This document shows positions 8,282 through 17,637 of a stretch of DNA of 64,000 nt, one piece after another. Source of the DNA: Hyphomicrobiales bacterium (GTDB taxonomy: Bacteria; Pseudomonadota; Alphaproteobacteria; Rhizobiales; Aestuariivirgaceae); contig JAXMCQ010000005.1 in NCBI GenBank assembly GCA_046349315.1, forward strand, positions 161,701 to 225,700. The letters are read 5' to 3'. Made by a program: the position numbers and the translations under genes. A model generated the notes under the pieces. It was not told the origin of the DNA and did not search any database. It was given only the letters and a program-made list of their open reading frames with translations. The stretch's first letter is position 1, and every line of letters begins with the position of its first letter.

Positions 8282-11200
8282 CTACTGCCGCGGGCCGACC
8301 ACCTCGACCATACCCGATGCGGTTCGGGCATTGAGATAGGGCCGGTACATGTCCTCCACCATCGCCGGCGGCAATGTGAAATTGCCGGGCGTCACGGCTC
8401 GCACCACATAGGCGAGCGTGATGTCGGCATTGTCGCCCGAATCGCGGGTGAAGGAAGCAACGAAGCGGTCGTCACGGAACTCAAGATGCGCGTAATTGCT
8501 GGTCTCCGGCAGCCAACTGAAATTGGCAAGATCAGCGCTCGCAACAAGGGCCGGGTTGTCGATTTCAAAACCTGCCGGCAATAGATCGGCGATCAGGATT
8601 TTCGCGGGCCAGGCATTGGCCTGCTTCACCTTGAGCACCACGACGATGCGCTCGCCCTGCGCGATCCCATCGCTCGGAAGCGCCTCGCCTGCAAGCGAGT
8701 AATAATTCCGCTCAATCGAGAAGCCATCGCCACCCGCGGGCTTTGAGACCACGGGAACGCCGCCATAGCTCAGGATCGCATCGACCGGATGATCGGAACG
8801 GTTGGTAATCTTCACCGGGCCGGCCGATAATTGTTTGGCACCGAGGCGCCGGACGAAATCGCCGGAGACGGACTGACCGTCGACCTCAAGCTCCGGCGAC
8901 TGGGCGCCGGCCGCAAGTGCGCGGGCGGCAAGCAGCATCCAGGAATTCTCCTGCGTGCTGGTATAACGCTGACGCGCCTGATCGCGCGCCACAATCTGGG
9001 TAAGCGCCGGGATGAACGGGGCGCTTGGATCGCTCTCAACCGCGAGTGTCAGAAGCGCCGCGCCGTCGCGAAGGCGCGAGCCGTAATCGAGCCTGGCATA
9101 GTCTTCCTGCGACTGCTTCGACAAGGTCATGAACGCCGCGTTGAGAACACGCACGGCTCTTTCGCGATCGCCATAGAGGGCGAGCGCGGCGCCAATCTGC
9201 GCCTTGGCCAATGGCGTTGTGAAACTGTCGAGTTTGCTCTCGGCGTAGTAGCGAAGATCGCCGACAGAAGCCCGCTTGTTTCGTGCCAGCACATAAAGCG
9301 CATAGGCCACGTCATAGCCGCCATTGCTGAAGTTCTGCTGGTAGGAGAGAACGTTTTGCAGATTGGCGAGCGCCTGATCGAAGGGCAGATCCGGCACGTC
9401 ATAGCCCTGTTCGCGCGCCCGTGTCAGGAAATCGCTGACATAGGAATCAAGCCAGAGATCGCCGCCGCCAGGTCCCCATAGGCCGAAGCTGCCTTCCGAG
9501 GCCTGGTTGGTGAGCACCCGGTAGATCGCTTCCTGGACACGGCCCTTGATGGCGGCATCCGCATCCATGCCGGCGCGCGCCGCCACCTCGTCGAGATAGA
9601 GCAGCGGCAGGGCACGGCTCGTCGTCTGCTCGGCACAACCATAGGGATAGCGATCAAGCGCCTGGACGATGCCGGGAATATCAAGCGCACCGGATCGGGT
9701 AATCGACACCGTGACGTTGCCAGTTCCCGGCACGGTCTCGGCAAGGAGATCGCCGGTTACAGTGAGCGTCTGGCCGGTCGCCAAGGACACGGTACGCCGC
9801 TCGATGGCCGGCGGCTGACCCATACGGACGCCAAGCGCGAGATTGCGCTTGATATCGAGGCCGGACGGATGCGTCAGGCGCAGTTCGACTTCCTGCACGC
9901 CGACGGATGTCGCCGACAAGGGCAAGAGAACGCTGAGGCGCTGGCCCGCTGCAAGCGTGACGGTTTTCGGCAGGCCGGCGATGGCAAGGCCATCGGTCGT
10001 CGCGGCCGACAGTTGATAGTCGCCCGCCGGACCTTCGGCATTGGCGATATCGAGATGGATGCGCGACTGATCGCCGGGCGCGAGGAAGCGCGGCATGCTC
10101 GCGGTCACGACGACCGGATCGCGGACGATCACGTCTTTCGTGGCATGGCCGACGGACTTCGCAGTCCATGCGACCGCCATAACGCGCAATGTTCCGTCGA
10201 ATTGCGGGACGTCGAAGCTGACATTTGCTTTGCCGTCGGCGCCGACCGTCACGATGCCGGAGAAAAGTGCAACAGGCGCCTGTGCAGGCGGCGTTCCGTT
10301 CAAGCCCGGGGCCTCGCCTTCGTCACCACCCCCAGTGCGGATCTGACCGGGCGTTCCGAGTGAGCCATCGATCAACTGGCCATAGACGTCGCGCCAGTCA
10401 TAAGCGAGCTTGCGCTGGCCGAAATACCAGGATTCGGGCGCCGGCGGTTCGAAGCGGGTGAGATTGAGGATGCCCAGATCGACGGCGGCAACCGTAACAA
10501 ACGCCTCCTCGCCCTGAGCGACGCCGGTCAGCGTCAAAGGCACGGACAAGGGCGACAAGGGTCGCGACAGATCGGGACTGCCGATCGCAACCGACAATGT
10601 GCGATCGCTTGCATCCTTGGCGGCATAGGCAAGGCCGATGGCGCGGCCCGGCAGATAGGAGGCTTCCGTCTGCATCGGCCTGAAGAGGGCGGCCGTGACA
10701 TAGGTCCCGTAATCCCAATCAGCGGTCACCGGAATTTCGATATCGGCGCCGGCAGGCCCAACCTCGACCGATTTCATGGCGATGAGCTTCTCGCCCATCA
10801 CCATGACGAGTGCAGTGCCAGCGAAGCGCGGCGTGAGCTTCACCTTGGCCGTATCGCCGACACGATAGCGCTCCTTGTCGAGTGCGATCTGCAAAAAGTC
10901 CGGCGTGTCGGAGGATGACTTCGCAAAATACCATCCAGCCGTGAAGTCGACGCTCGAGGCGGGACCCGTGGCGTCGGGGCTCGTCACTTCGAGGCGATAC
11001 TTGCCCCAGCCGATCTTGCCCGCAACGCGCGCCGGATCGTCGGTGCCGACATCGACCGTACCGTCGGCGACACGCTCGGTATATTCGACCGTGTCATAGC
11101 TCCAGCCATTGCCGGTTTGGTACCATTGATAGTCGTCCTCGACTTTGAGCAGCTCCCATTTGAGGCCGCGGGCTGCGTTGCGCGTGCCGTCGGCAGCAAT

Positions 11201-13771
11201 CGAGATCACATCGAACGTCGCATTGTCGCCTTCGCTTAGGCCGTCCGCATCGAAGAGCGGCTTGATGCCGATACGCGGACCGTCGGGCGCGACGGGGATG
11301 GCGATGCGGCGCTCGACCGCGCGGCCGCCGCCTTCACGCATGCGAACCGCGATCTGGGCTTCATAGAGCCCGGTCGTTTCGGGAAGCTCTCCCGGCTGCA
11401 GAGATATTGTTGCCTTGCCTTCTTCATCCGTGTTGCCGAGTTCCTCGAGCGCCACGCGAAAAGGTTGGATCTCCTCATCGATGAGGCCGAAATTATAGCC
11501 CGGATAAGCCGCAAGCGTGCGAACCGGTGTATAGACCGCCTCGCCTTCGATCCCCAATTCGGAAGCCGGCGCACCATAAAGAAAGCGGCCTGCAAGCTTG
11601 ATCTCGGAGGGAGAAGCGAGTGGCAGAACTTTCAGATCGCTTGAGAGATCGAATTCGATGCGCTCAGGCAGGAAGTCATCGATCAGGAAGCGCATTTCTG
11701 CGAGCGACGCGCCCTTGGGATCGACAAAGGCCGCAGCGCGCCAGGTTCCGCGCATCGCTTCGTCGGGAACATCGATATCGATAGTGCGGCCGCCAAGCTT
11801 TGCATCCGCGCTGACATAGCGCTGGAATTCGACGCCGTCGGGCCGCGTCACCACGATGGTAAGCGGCAGGCCGGCAATGGCATTGGCCTGATCGTCGCGC
11901 GCCAAGGCCGAGAGATGAACGGTCTCGCCGGGACGATAGATGCCGCGATCGGTGTAAAGGAAGACGTCGACCGGGCCTGGCGCATCGCGCCCGCCAACGC
12001 CGCGGTCGCTGAGATCGAAGGCCGTGCGAGTGAGATCGAGGAACGCGTAATCGCCCTCCGCACCGCTTGCCGTGACAAAGGACGGCGCCGCGCCGCCGGT
12101 ACCGCGCAACAGACCACCGGCGAAACTGGCATGGCCCTGCGCATCGCTCTTGGTCGTCCCGAGGATGCGATTGTCGCGCGCGACGAGTTGCACTTCGCTA
12201 TTGGCGATGGGCTTTGCCGAGCCGAGCGACCGCACGAAGACGTCGAGACTCGCTTGGCCATTGAGGGCGGTGAGTCCCAGATCGGAGATGACGAACCACT
12301 GCGTCGCCTGTGCAGTCCAGCTGTCGATCCGCTCACCCTTGGGCCGCGCCATCATCACATAGAGGCCGGGTTCGGTCTTCGGCAGGATTTCGGCCAAGGG
12401 AATAGAGGTCGTCACCTCTTCGTTGAGTTTCTTCTCGACCGCAACGCTACCCGACCAGATTTTCTCGCCGCGATCCTGGGCGAGACTGTCGGCATCGTAG
12501 CCCGACAATTGCGAGAGGAAGTCGCGCCCGCGCATGATCGGACCCAGTCCCCGCGCATCGATGCGATAGAGATCGAGATCAGCTTCGGCGAGATTGACGG
12601 AGACGACCGGGATGGCCTGTCGCCCCGTGCTCGGCAGAACGAAATTCCGCCCGGTGAAGCGCACGCTCGGAAGGCGGTCACGCACATAGGCGGAAATCGT
12701 GACCGGCTTCTCCAGGATTTCCGAATAGATCGACGGCAGCCCTGACCTGACCGTCACCGCATACCGTAGGCCGTGCTTGGCGCCATCGACGCAAAGCTGC
12801 TTCTCGCTGACCGAGACGCTTTCCGCCGGCTTGTCATTGAGGAGAACGAAGGAATCATAAGAAGCGGTGGTCGGCCCGATGGCATCGGAGAATTGCAGGC
12901 AGATGCGCGGCGAGCTCGTATCGGCATCGACTGAATAGTCGACGACCCGGAAGCCGTATTTCGAAAGCGCCACATCATAGGCCGCTTCGAGATAGGCAAG
13001 CGGCGATTGCGCGAGCGCGGCTTTGTAGGCTTCGAGCGTCTTGCGATAATCCTCGATGCGCTCATAGGCTTGCGCTAGGAGGCCGAGCGCCTCGGCGCGC
13101 TCTTCACGCGACGGCGCAATCTGATAGGCCGTCAAGGCTGCGGAAATCGAATCCGCATTAAGCTGGCCGCGGCGGCTTGAATCAACGGCCGCAGCATCGG
13201 CGAGGAAACCACTCAGTTTGCGCCACAGGCCTGCGTCATAGGGTTCAAACGCAACAAGCTGCACCGCGAGATTGACAGCGCCACGATAGTCTTTGATGGC
13301 GACGGAGCGATCCAGATTGACCTTGATGACGGCAGGATCGGCAGTGGCCGAAGGCGGCGTCTCGCGGAGCAATTTTGCATAGGCCTCGGCCGAAGCCACT
13401 GTCTCCGGCGCGACAAAGGGCAATGCCGGCGCGGCCTCGATATCGGGCATGGGCGGCGTGACGAAGACCTTAGCTGCAGTCGCATTGGCAGACTGTGTCA
13501 GCGTGCCGACGCCGCTCTTGAGGAAGCACCACTTGGCTTTGGTGTTGTAGGTGAGCGCCAGACACTTGCTGTCGGCCAGACACTGCGCACTGCAATCCTC
13601 GAGACTCACATCCTTGACGGTCTTGTAGTCGAAGCCCGGATAGTCGGAATTGGGCGTGGTGATGAGCCGTCGCGCGCCGGGCTCCGCCGCTGACGCAATT
13701 CCTCCCGTCCAGATCAGAACCGCGATGAGAAAAAGGGATGCCGAAAGCCAAGAGGAATTGCGCGCGCACAT
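8282..13771 (-). CDS. Alpha-2-macroglobulin family protein (thioester type) with N-terminal PAN/Apple-like module
   Basis: ORF 8282..13900 trimmed to the ATG at 13769-13771, ahead of a signal peptide (cleavage context IASA-AEP, no lipobox Cys). A 4-Cys PAN-like module (EDCSAQCLADSKCLALTYNTKAKWCF) lies at ~13496-13651. The motif YPYGCAEQTTS has its CAEQ codons at 9626-9637. The product is 1829 aa. Confidence 0.88.
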   Translation of the reverse strand: MCARNSSWLSASLFLIAVLIWTGGIASAAEPGARRLITTPNSDYPGFDYKTVKDVSLEDCSAQCLADSKCLALTYNTKAKWCFLKSGVGTLTQSANATAAKVFVTPPMPDIEAAPALPFVAPETVASAEAYAKLLRETPPSATADPAVIKVNLDRSVAIKDYRGAVNLAVQLVAFEPYDAGLWRKLSGFLADAAAVDSSRRGQLNADSISAALTAYQIAPSREERAEALGLLAQAYERIEDYRKTLEAYKAALAQSPLAYLEAAYDVALSKYGFRVVDYSVDADTSSPRICLQFSDAIGPTTASYDSFVLLNDKPAESVSVSEKQLCVDGAKHGLRYAVTVRSGLPSIYSEILEKPVTISAYVRDRLPSVRFTGRNFVLPSTGRQAIPVVSVNLAEADLDLYRIDARGLGPIMRGRDFLSQLSGYDADSLAQDRGEKIWSGSVAVEKKLNEEVTTSIPLAEILPKTEPGLYVMMARPKGERIDSWTAQATQWFVISDLGLTALNGQASLDVFVRSLGSAKPIANSEVQLVARDNRILGTTKSDAQGHASFAGGLLRGTGGAAPSFVTASGAEGDYAFLDLTRTAFDLSDRGVGGRDAPGPVDVFLYTDRGIYRPGETVHLSALARDDQANAIAGLPLTIVVTRPDGVEFQRYVSADAKLGGRTIDIDVPDEAMRGTWRAAAFVDPKGASLAEMRFLIDDFLPERIEFDLSSDLKVLPLASPSEIKLAGRFLYGAPASELGIEGEAVYTPVRTLAAYPGYNFGLIDEEIQPFRVALEELGNTDEEGKATISLQPGELPETTGLYEAQIAVRMREGGGRAVERRIAIPVAPDGPRIGIKPLFDADGLSEGDNATFDVISIAADGTRNAARGLKWELLKVEDDYQWYQTGNGWSYDTVEYTERVADGTVDVGTDDPARVAGKIGWGKYRLEVTSPDATGPASSVDFTAGWYFAKSSSDTPDFLQIALDKERYRVGDTAKVKLTPRFAGTALVMVMGEKLIAMKSVEVGPAGADIEIPVTADWDYGTYVTAALFRPMQTEASYLPGRAIGLAYAAKDASDRTLSVAIGSPDLSRPLSPLSVPLTLTGVAQGEEAFVTVAAVDLGILNLTRFEPPAPESWYFGQRKLAYDWRDVYGQLIDGSLGTPGQIRTGGGDEGEAPGLNGTPPAQAPVALFSGIVTVGADGKANVSFDVPQFDGTLRVMAVAWTAKSVGHATKDVIVRDPVVVTASMPRFLAPGDQSRIHLDIANAEGPAGDYQLSAATTDGLAIAGLPKTVTLAAGQRLSVLLPLSATSVGVQEVELRLTHPSGLDIKRNLALGVRMGQPPAIERRTVSLATGQTLTVTGDLLAETVPGTGNVTVSITRSGALDIPGIVQALDRYPYGCAEQTTSRALPLLYLDEVAARAGMDADAAIKGRVQEAIYRVLTNQASEGSFGLWGPGGGDLWLDSYVSDFLTRAREQGYDVPDLPFDQALANLQNVLSYQQNFSNGGYDVAYALYVLARNKRASVGDLRYYAESKLDSFTTPLAKAQIGAALALYGDRERAVRVLNAAFMTLSKQSQEDYARLDYGSRLRDGAALLTLAVESDPSAPFIPALTQIVARDQARQRYTSTQENSWMLLAARALAAGAQSPELEVDGQSVSGDFVRRLGAKQLSAGPVKITNRSDHPVDAILSYGGVPVVSKPAGGDGFSIERNYYSLAGEALPSDGIAQGERIVVVLKVKQANAWPAKILIADLLPAGFEIDNPALVASADLANFSWLPETSNYAHLEFRDDRFVASFTRDSGDNADITLAYVVRAVTPGNFTLPPAMVEDMYRPYLNARTASGMVEVVGPRQ

Positions 13772-13939
13772 AGGCGTGGTCCTGAATGAGATCGTGAAAA
13801 TTTGAATCGCCGTGATCGGACGCACAATATTCAATAGGGAAGTGTGGCCGTATTCTGTCTGACGTCGCGCCAAAATTTGACCAATTGGAAAAAACCGCAT
13901 AGGCTTCGTTCAGACAAGAAGAATAAGGGAGAGAAATTC

Positions 13940-15286
13940 ATGCCGGCAGCGGAAGGCAGGCCCGGTCCCGATATCGCTTCCGGGCGTCTGGCGGCTGACG
14001 ACTACGCCAAGAACTTCGCCGATCTGCATCCGCCGCTCGATGCGCATGAAGCGCTGGTCGAATCCGATCGCTGCTATTTCTGCTACGACGCGCCCTGCAT
14101 GAATGCCTGCCCGACCGGCATCGACATTCCGCTCTTCATCCGCGAGATCAACACCGGTAATGCGCTCGGCGCCGCCAAGACGATCTTCGATCAGAATATT
14201 CTGGGTGGGATGTGCGCCCGCGTCTGCCCGACCGAGACATTATGCGAGGAGGCTTGCGTCAGGAACGATGCCGAGGGCGAGCCCGTCAAGATCGGACTCC
14301 TTCAGCGGCATGCGACCGACAAGGCGATGGCAGCGAATGCGCAATTCTACAAGCGCGCGGCACTGACTGGAAGGCACGTCGCTGTTGTAGGCGCGGGGCC
14401 GGCGGGGCTGGCCTGCGCGCATCGGCTCGCCATGCATGGCCACGATGTCGTCGTCTTCGATGCCAAGCCGAAGGCAGGCGGTCTCAATGAATACGGCATC
14501 GCCGCCTACAAGACGGTTGCCGATTTTGCCCAGGCCGAGATCGATTACATCTTGAGTATCGGCGGCATTACCATCGAGACCGGCAAGCGGCTCGGCCGTG
14601 ATATCCAGCTTGATGATTTGCGCAAGAAATACAATGCAGTCTTCCTTGGTATCGGCTTGGCCGGCGTGAATCACCTGCATGAGTCAGGCGAAGAATCGCC
14701 GGGCGTTGAGGACGCCGTCGAATTCATCGCCGAGATCCGCCAGGCCGACGATCTGGCGCGCTTGAAGATCGGCCGCCGCGTCGCGGTGATCGGCGGCGGC
14801 ATGACGGCCATCGATGTCGCCGTGCAATCGAAGTTGCTCGGCGCCGAGGATGTCACCATTCTCTATCGGCGCGGCAAGGAAGAGATGAAAGCGAGCGAAT
14901 TTGAGCAGGACCTCGCCCAGACCAATGGCGTCACGATCAAGCATTGGGTGCGGCCGCGGAAAATCGTCGTGAAGGACGGATCGGCTGTCGGCATCGAATG
15001 CGAATATACGCGTGATGAGGACGGCCGGCTGATGGGAACCGGCGAGAAATTCGAGTTCGAGGCCGATATGGTGTTCAAGGCGATCGGCCAGAAATTAGAA
15101 TCCGGCCCCGTGCCGGGCCTCGAACTGATGGACGGCCGTTTGAAAGTTGACCATGAACGGCGCACAAGCCTTCCCGGTGTATGGGCCGGCGGCGACTGTG
15201 CACATGGCGGCCAGGACCTGACAGTTGCCGCCGTCGAGGATGGCAAGCGCGCCGCCGAATCGATTCATCGCGTGCTGTCGCGCTAA
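13940..15286 (+). CDS. preT: NAD-dependent dihydropyrimidine dehydrogenase subunit PreT (GltD-like)
   Basis: Trimmed to the ATG at 13940, which has an AAGGGAGAG SD. It has Cys clusters CYFCYDAPCMNACP and CARVCPTETLCEEAC and dinucleotide fold VVGAGPAGLACA. Confidence 0.85.
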   Translation: MPAAEGRPGPDIASGRLAADDYAKNFADLHPPLDAHEALVESDRCYFCYDAPCMNACPTGIDIPLFIREINTGNALGAAKTIFDQNILGGMCARVCPTETLCEEACVRNDAEGEPVKIGLLQRHATDKAMAANAQFYKRAALTGRHVAVVGAGPAGLACAHRLAMHGHDVVVFDAKPKAGGLNEYGIAAYKTVADFAQAEIDYILSIGGITIETGKRLGRDIQLDDLRKKYNAVFLGIGLAGVNHLHESGEESPGVEDAVEFIAEIRQADDLARLKIGRRVAVIGGGMTAIDVAVQSKLLGAEDVTILYRRGKEEMKASEFEQDLAQTNGVTIKHWVRPRKIVVKDGSAVGIECEYTRDEDGRLMGTGEKFEFEADMVFKAIGQKLESGPVPGLELMDGRLKVDHERRTSLPGVWAGGDCAHGGQDLTVAAVEDGKRAAESIHRVLSR

Positions 15287-15301
15287 TCGAGGAGTTCTCC
15301 C

Positions 15302-16609
15302 ATGGCTGATCTGCGCACCGAATTCTTAGGGATCAAATCGCCAAACCCCTTCTGGCTCGCATCCGCGCCACCGACCGACAAGGAGTATAATGTCGTTCGC
15401 GCCTTCAAGGCAGGCTGGGGCGGCGTTGTCTGGAAGACGCTCGGCGAGGACCCGGCGGTCGTCAATGTCAACGGACCGCGCTATGGCGCGATCTGGGGCG
15501 CCGACCGCCGATTGCTCGGCTTCAATAATATCGAACTGATCACTGACCGTCCGCTGCATACAAATCTCCGCGAGATCAAGCAGGTCAAGCGCGACTGGCC
15601 GAACCGCGCCGTGGTCGTGTCCCTGATGGTGCCCTGCGAGGAAAAAAGCTGGGCGAGCATCCTGCCGCTCGTCGAAGAGACCGGTGCGGACGGTGTCGAG
15701 CTCAATTTCGGCTGCCCGCATGGCATGTCGGAACGCGGCATGGGATCGGCGGTCGGCCAGGTGCCGGAATATATCGAAATGGTGGCGCGCTGGTGCAAGG
15801 CGCATACCCGCATGCCGGTGATCGTCAAGCTCACCCCCAACATCACCGACATTCGCCATCCCGCACGCGCTGCACGCAATGGCGGCGCGGATGCGGTCTC
15901 GCTCATCAACACCATCAATTCGATCGTGAGTGTCGATCTCGATACGATGTCGCCCGAGCCTTCGATCGACGGCAAGGGCACGCATGGCGGCTATTGCGGG
16001 CCGGCCGTAAAGCCCATCGCGCTCAGCATGGTGTCCGAGATCGCTCGCGACAAGGCCACGCGCGGCTTTCCGATTTCGGCGATTGGTGGCATCACCACTT
16101 GGCGCGATGCCGTGGAATTCATGACGCTTGGTGCCACGACGGTTCAAGTCTGCACCGCCGCCATGACCTATGGCTTCGCAATCGTGAAAGAACTGATCTC
16201 CGGAATGTCCAATTGGATGGACGAGAAGGGCTATCGCTCGATCGATGATTTCGTCGGCGCAGCGGTTCCCAATGTCACCGACTGGCAGTTCTTGAATCTC
16301 AATTACATTGCCAAGGCCCATATCAACCAGGACCTCTGCATCAAATGCGGGCGCTGCCACATCGTCTGCGAGGATACGTCGCACCAGGCGATCGCCGCAA
16401 AGAAGAACGGCCAGCGGCATTTCGAGGTCATCGATGCCGAATGCGTCGGCTGCAATCTCTGCGTCAGCGTCTGCCCGGTCGCCGACTGCATCACCATGGT
16501 GGAGATGACATCCGGCACCGATCCGCGCACCGGAAGGAAAATCCACCGCGACTACGCGAATTGGACGACGCACCCGAACAATCCCAACGCGGTCAAGGCG
16601 GCGGAATGA
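15302..16609 (+). CDS. preA: NAD-dependent dihydropyrimidine dehydrogenase subunit PreA
   Basis: 435 aa: a DHODH-like barrel plus C-terminal 2x[4Fe-4S] motifs CIKCGRCHIVC and CVGCNLCVSVCP. Confidence 0.88.
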   Translation: MADLRTEFLGIKSPNPFWLASAPPTDKEYNVVRAFKAGWGGVVWKTLGEDPAVVNVNGPRYGAIWGADRRLLGFNNIELITDRPLHTNLREIKQVKRDWPNRAVVVSLMVPCEEKSWASILPLVEETGADGVELNFGCPHGMSERGMGSAVGQVPEYIEMVARWCKAHTRMPVIVKLTPNITDIRHPARAARNGGADAVSLINTINSIVSVDLDTMSPEPSIDGKGTHGGYCGPAVKPIALSMVSEIARDKATRGFPISAIGGITTWRDAVEFMTLGATTVQVCTAAMTYGFAIVKELISGMSNWMDEKGYRSIDDFVGAAVPNVTDWQFLNLNYIAKAHINQDLCIKCGRCHIVCEDTSHQAIAAKKNGQRHFEVIDAECVGCNLCVSVCPVADCITMVEMTSGTDPRTGRKIHRDYANWTTHPNNPNAVKAAE

Positions 16610-16618
16610 GTCTCTTCA

Positions 16619-16714
16619 CCCTCCCCCTTGTGGGGAGGGCCAGGGTGGGGGTTTTACCACCCGCTTGCATTAGTTATCCGACCCCACCCTTAATCCCTCC
16701 CCAAAAGGGGAAGG
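16619..16714. repeat. Composite hairpin repeat family D (compact copy)
   Basis: Hairpin ccctcccc-ttgt-ggggaggg, then inverted pair agggtgggg...ccccaccct, then hairpin ccctcccc-aaaa-ggggaaggg. It lies between the convergent preA and kinase genes. Confidence 0.6.
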
Positions 16715-16719
16715 GAAAA

Positions 16720-17637
16720 TCAGCCTTTCCTCACCGCGCTGACATGGCGGGCGAAGTCGGGTGTCGCCATCAAGGCCTTGCAGCGTTCGAAGCGGTTGGT
16801 CGCATAGGCCCAAAAATCATCGACGGGATTTTTGTTGGCGTGCTGGATCAGACCCCACAGCGTCCACAACAGATCGCACATCGCCTTGTAGATGACGATG
16901 CGGCCACGCTCGGCAGGCTTTGGCTCGCCTGAGAAATAGGCGCGGATCATCTCTTCTTCCTGTGCTGTATCGAACAGGCCTTCCACCGAAAGATCGCCAA
17001 GATCCCACAATGGGTCGTTCATGCCGGAATATTCCCAGTCGACGACCCACATGCGCTCACCCGTATCGAGGAAGTTCTCGCACAGGGGATCGCAATGACA
17101 GGCGACCAACGGCAGAGGATGCGCGGCGAGTGCTGCACGCACGGACTCCGCCTCGCGCACGACATCATGATAGCCGCGCGGCAACTCGACCTCCTTGGTC
17201 GAAAGCACCTTGAGATAATCGTCGATCATCGCGAAGAGTTCGAAGCGGAAATTGAACTTCGCCGTGCTGTCGTGAAGCTGTCGGAAGGCGCGCCCGGCCC
17301 GTCCCGGGGAACCAGCGCGCGATTTGAAATTGGCGGGCGACATGGTGACCGCACCATCGATATACTTCGTCACCATGATTCCGGTCTTAGGGTCGAAATG
17401 GATGACCTCGGGACTGACACCGGCGCGCGCCGCCTCCCGCGCGGCCACGGCTTCATTGGCACGATTGATGTATTCTTCAGTGCCCTTGCCCGGGATGCGC
17501 AGGCAGAAATCATCGTCGATCCTGAAGACAAGGTTGGTGAGACCGCCGAGCCGTGCGATCTTCGCCGACGCCGCGCGACTGGCGAGCGCGGGAACTGCCG
17601 CGAGCGCCTGTGTGGCCTGGTCGGCATCCCCGGTCAT
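16720..17637 (-). CDS. Choline/ethanolamine kinase family phosphotransferase (LicA/APH-like), copy 2
   Basis: 305 aa with motifs CHCDPLCENFL and VVDWEYSGMNDPLWDLGDL. Its ATG overlaps the upstream stop (ATGA, 17634-17637). Confidence 0.85.
   Translation of the reverse strand: MTGDADQATQALAAVPALASRAASAKIARLGGLTNLVFRIDDDFCLRIPGKGTEEYINRANEAVAAREAARAGVSPEVIHFDPKTGIMVTKYIDGAVTMSPANFKSRAGSPGRAGRAFRQLHDSTAKFNFRFELFAMIDDYLKVLSTKEVELPRGYHDVVREAESVRAALAAHPLPLVACHCDPLCENFLDTGERMWVVDWEYSGMNDPLWDLGDLSVEGLFDTAQEEEMIRAYFSGEPKPAERGRIVIYKAMCDLLWTLWGLIQHANKNPVDDFWAYATNRFERCKALMATPDFARHVSAVRKG

Noticed and set aside
13797-13880. AAAATTTGA present twice (13797-13805, 13872-13880) in the A2M/preT divergent intergenic region
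   Set aside because: It is a short AT-rich 9-mer in a promoter-like AT-rich stretch. Its significance cannot be established without comparative data.
15326-16573. 415-aa minus-strand ORF opposite preA
   Set aside because: It is an antisense shadow ORF; preA carries unmistakable Fe-S and barrel motifs.
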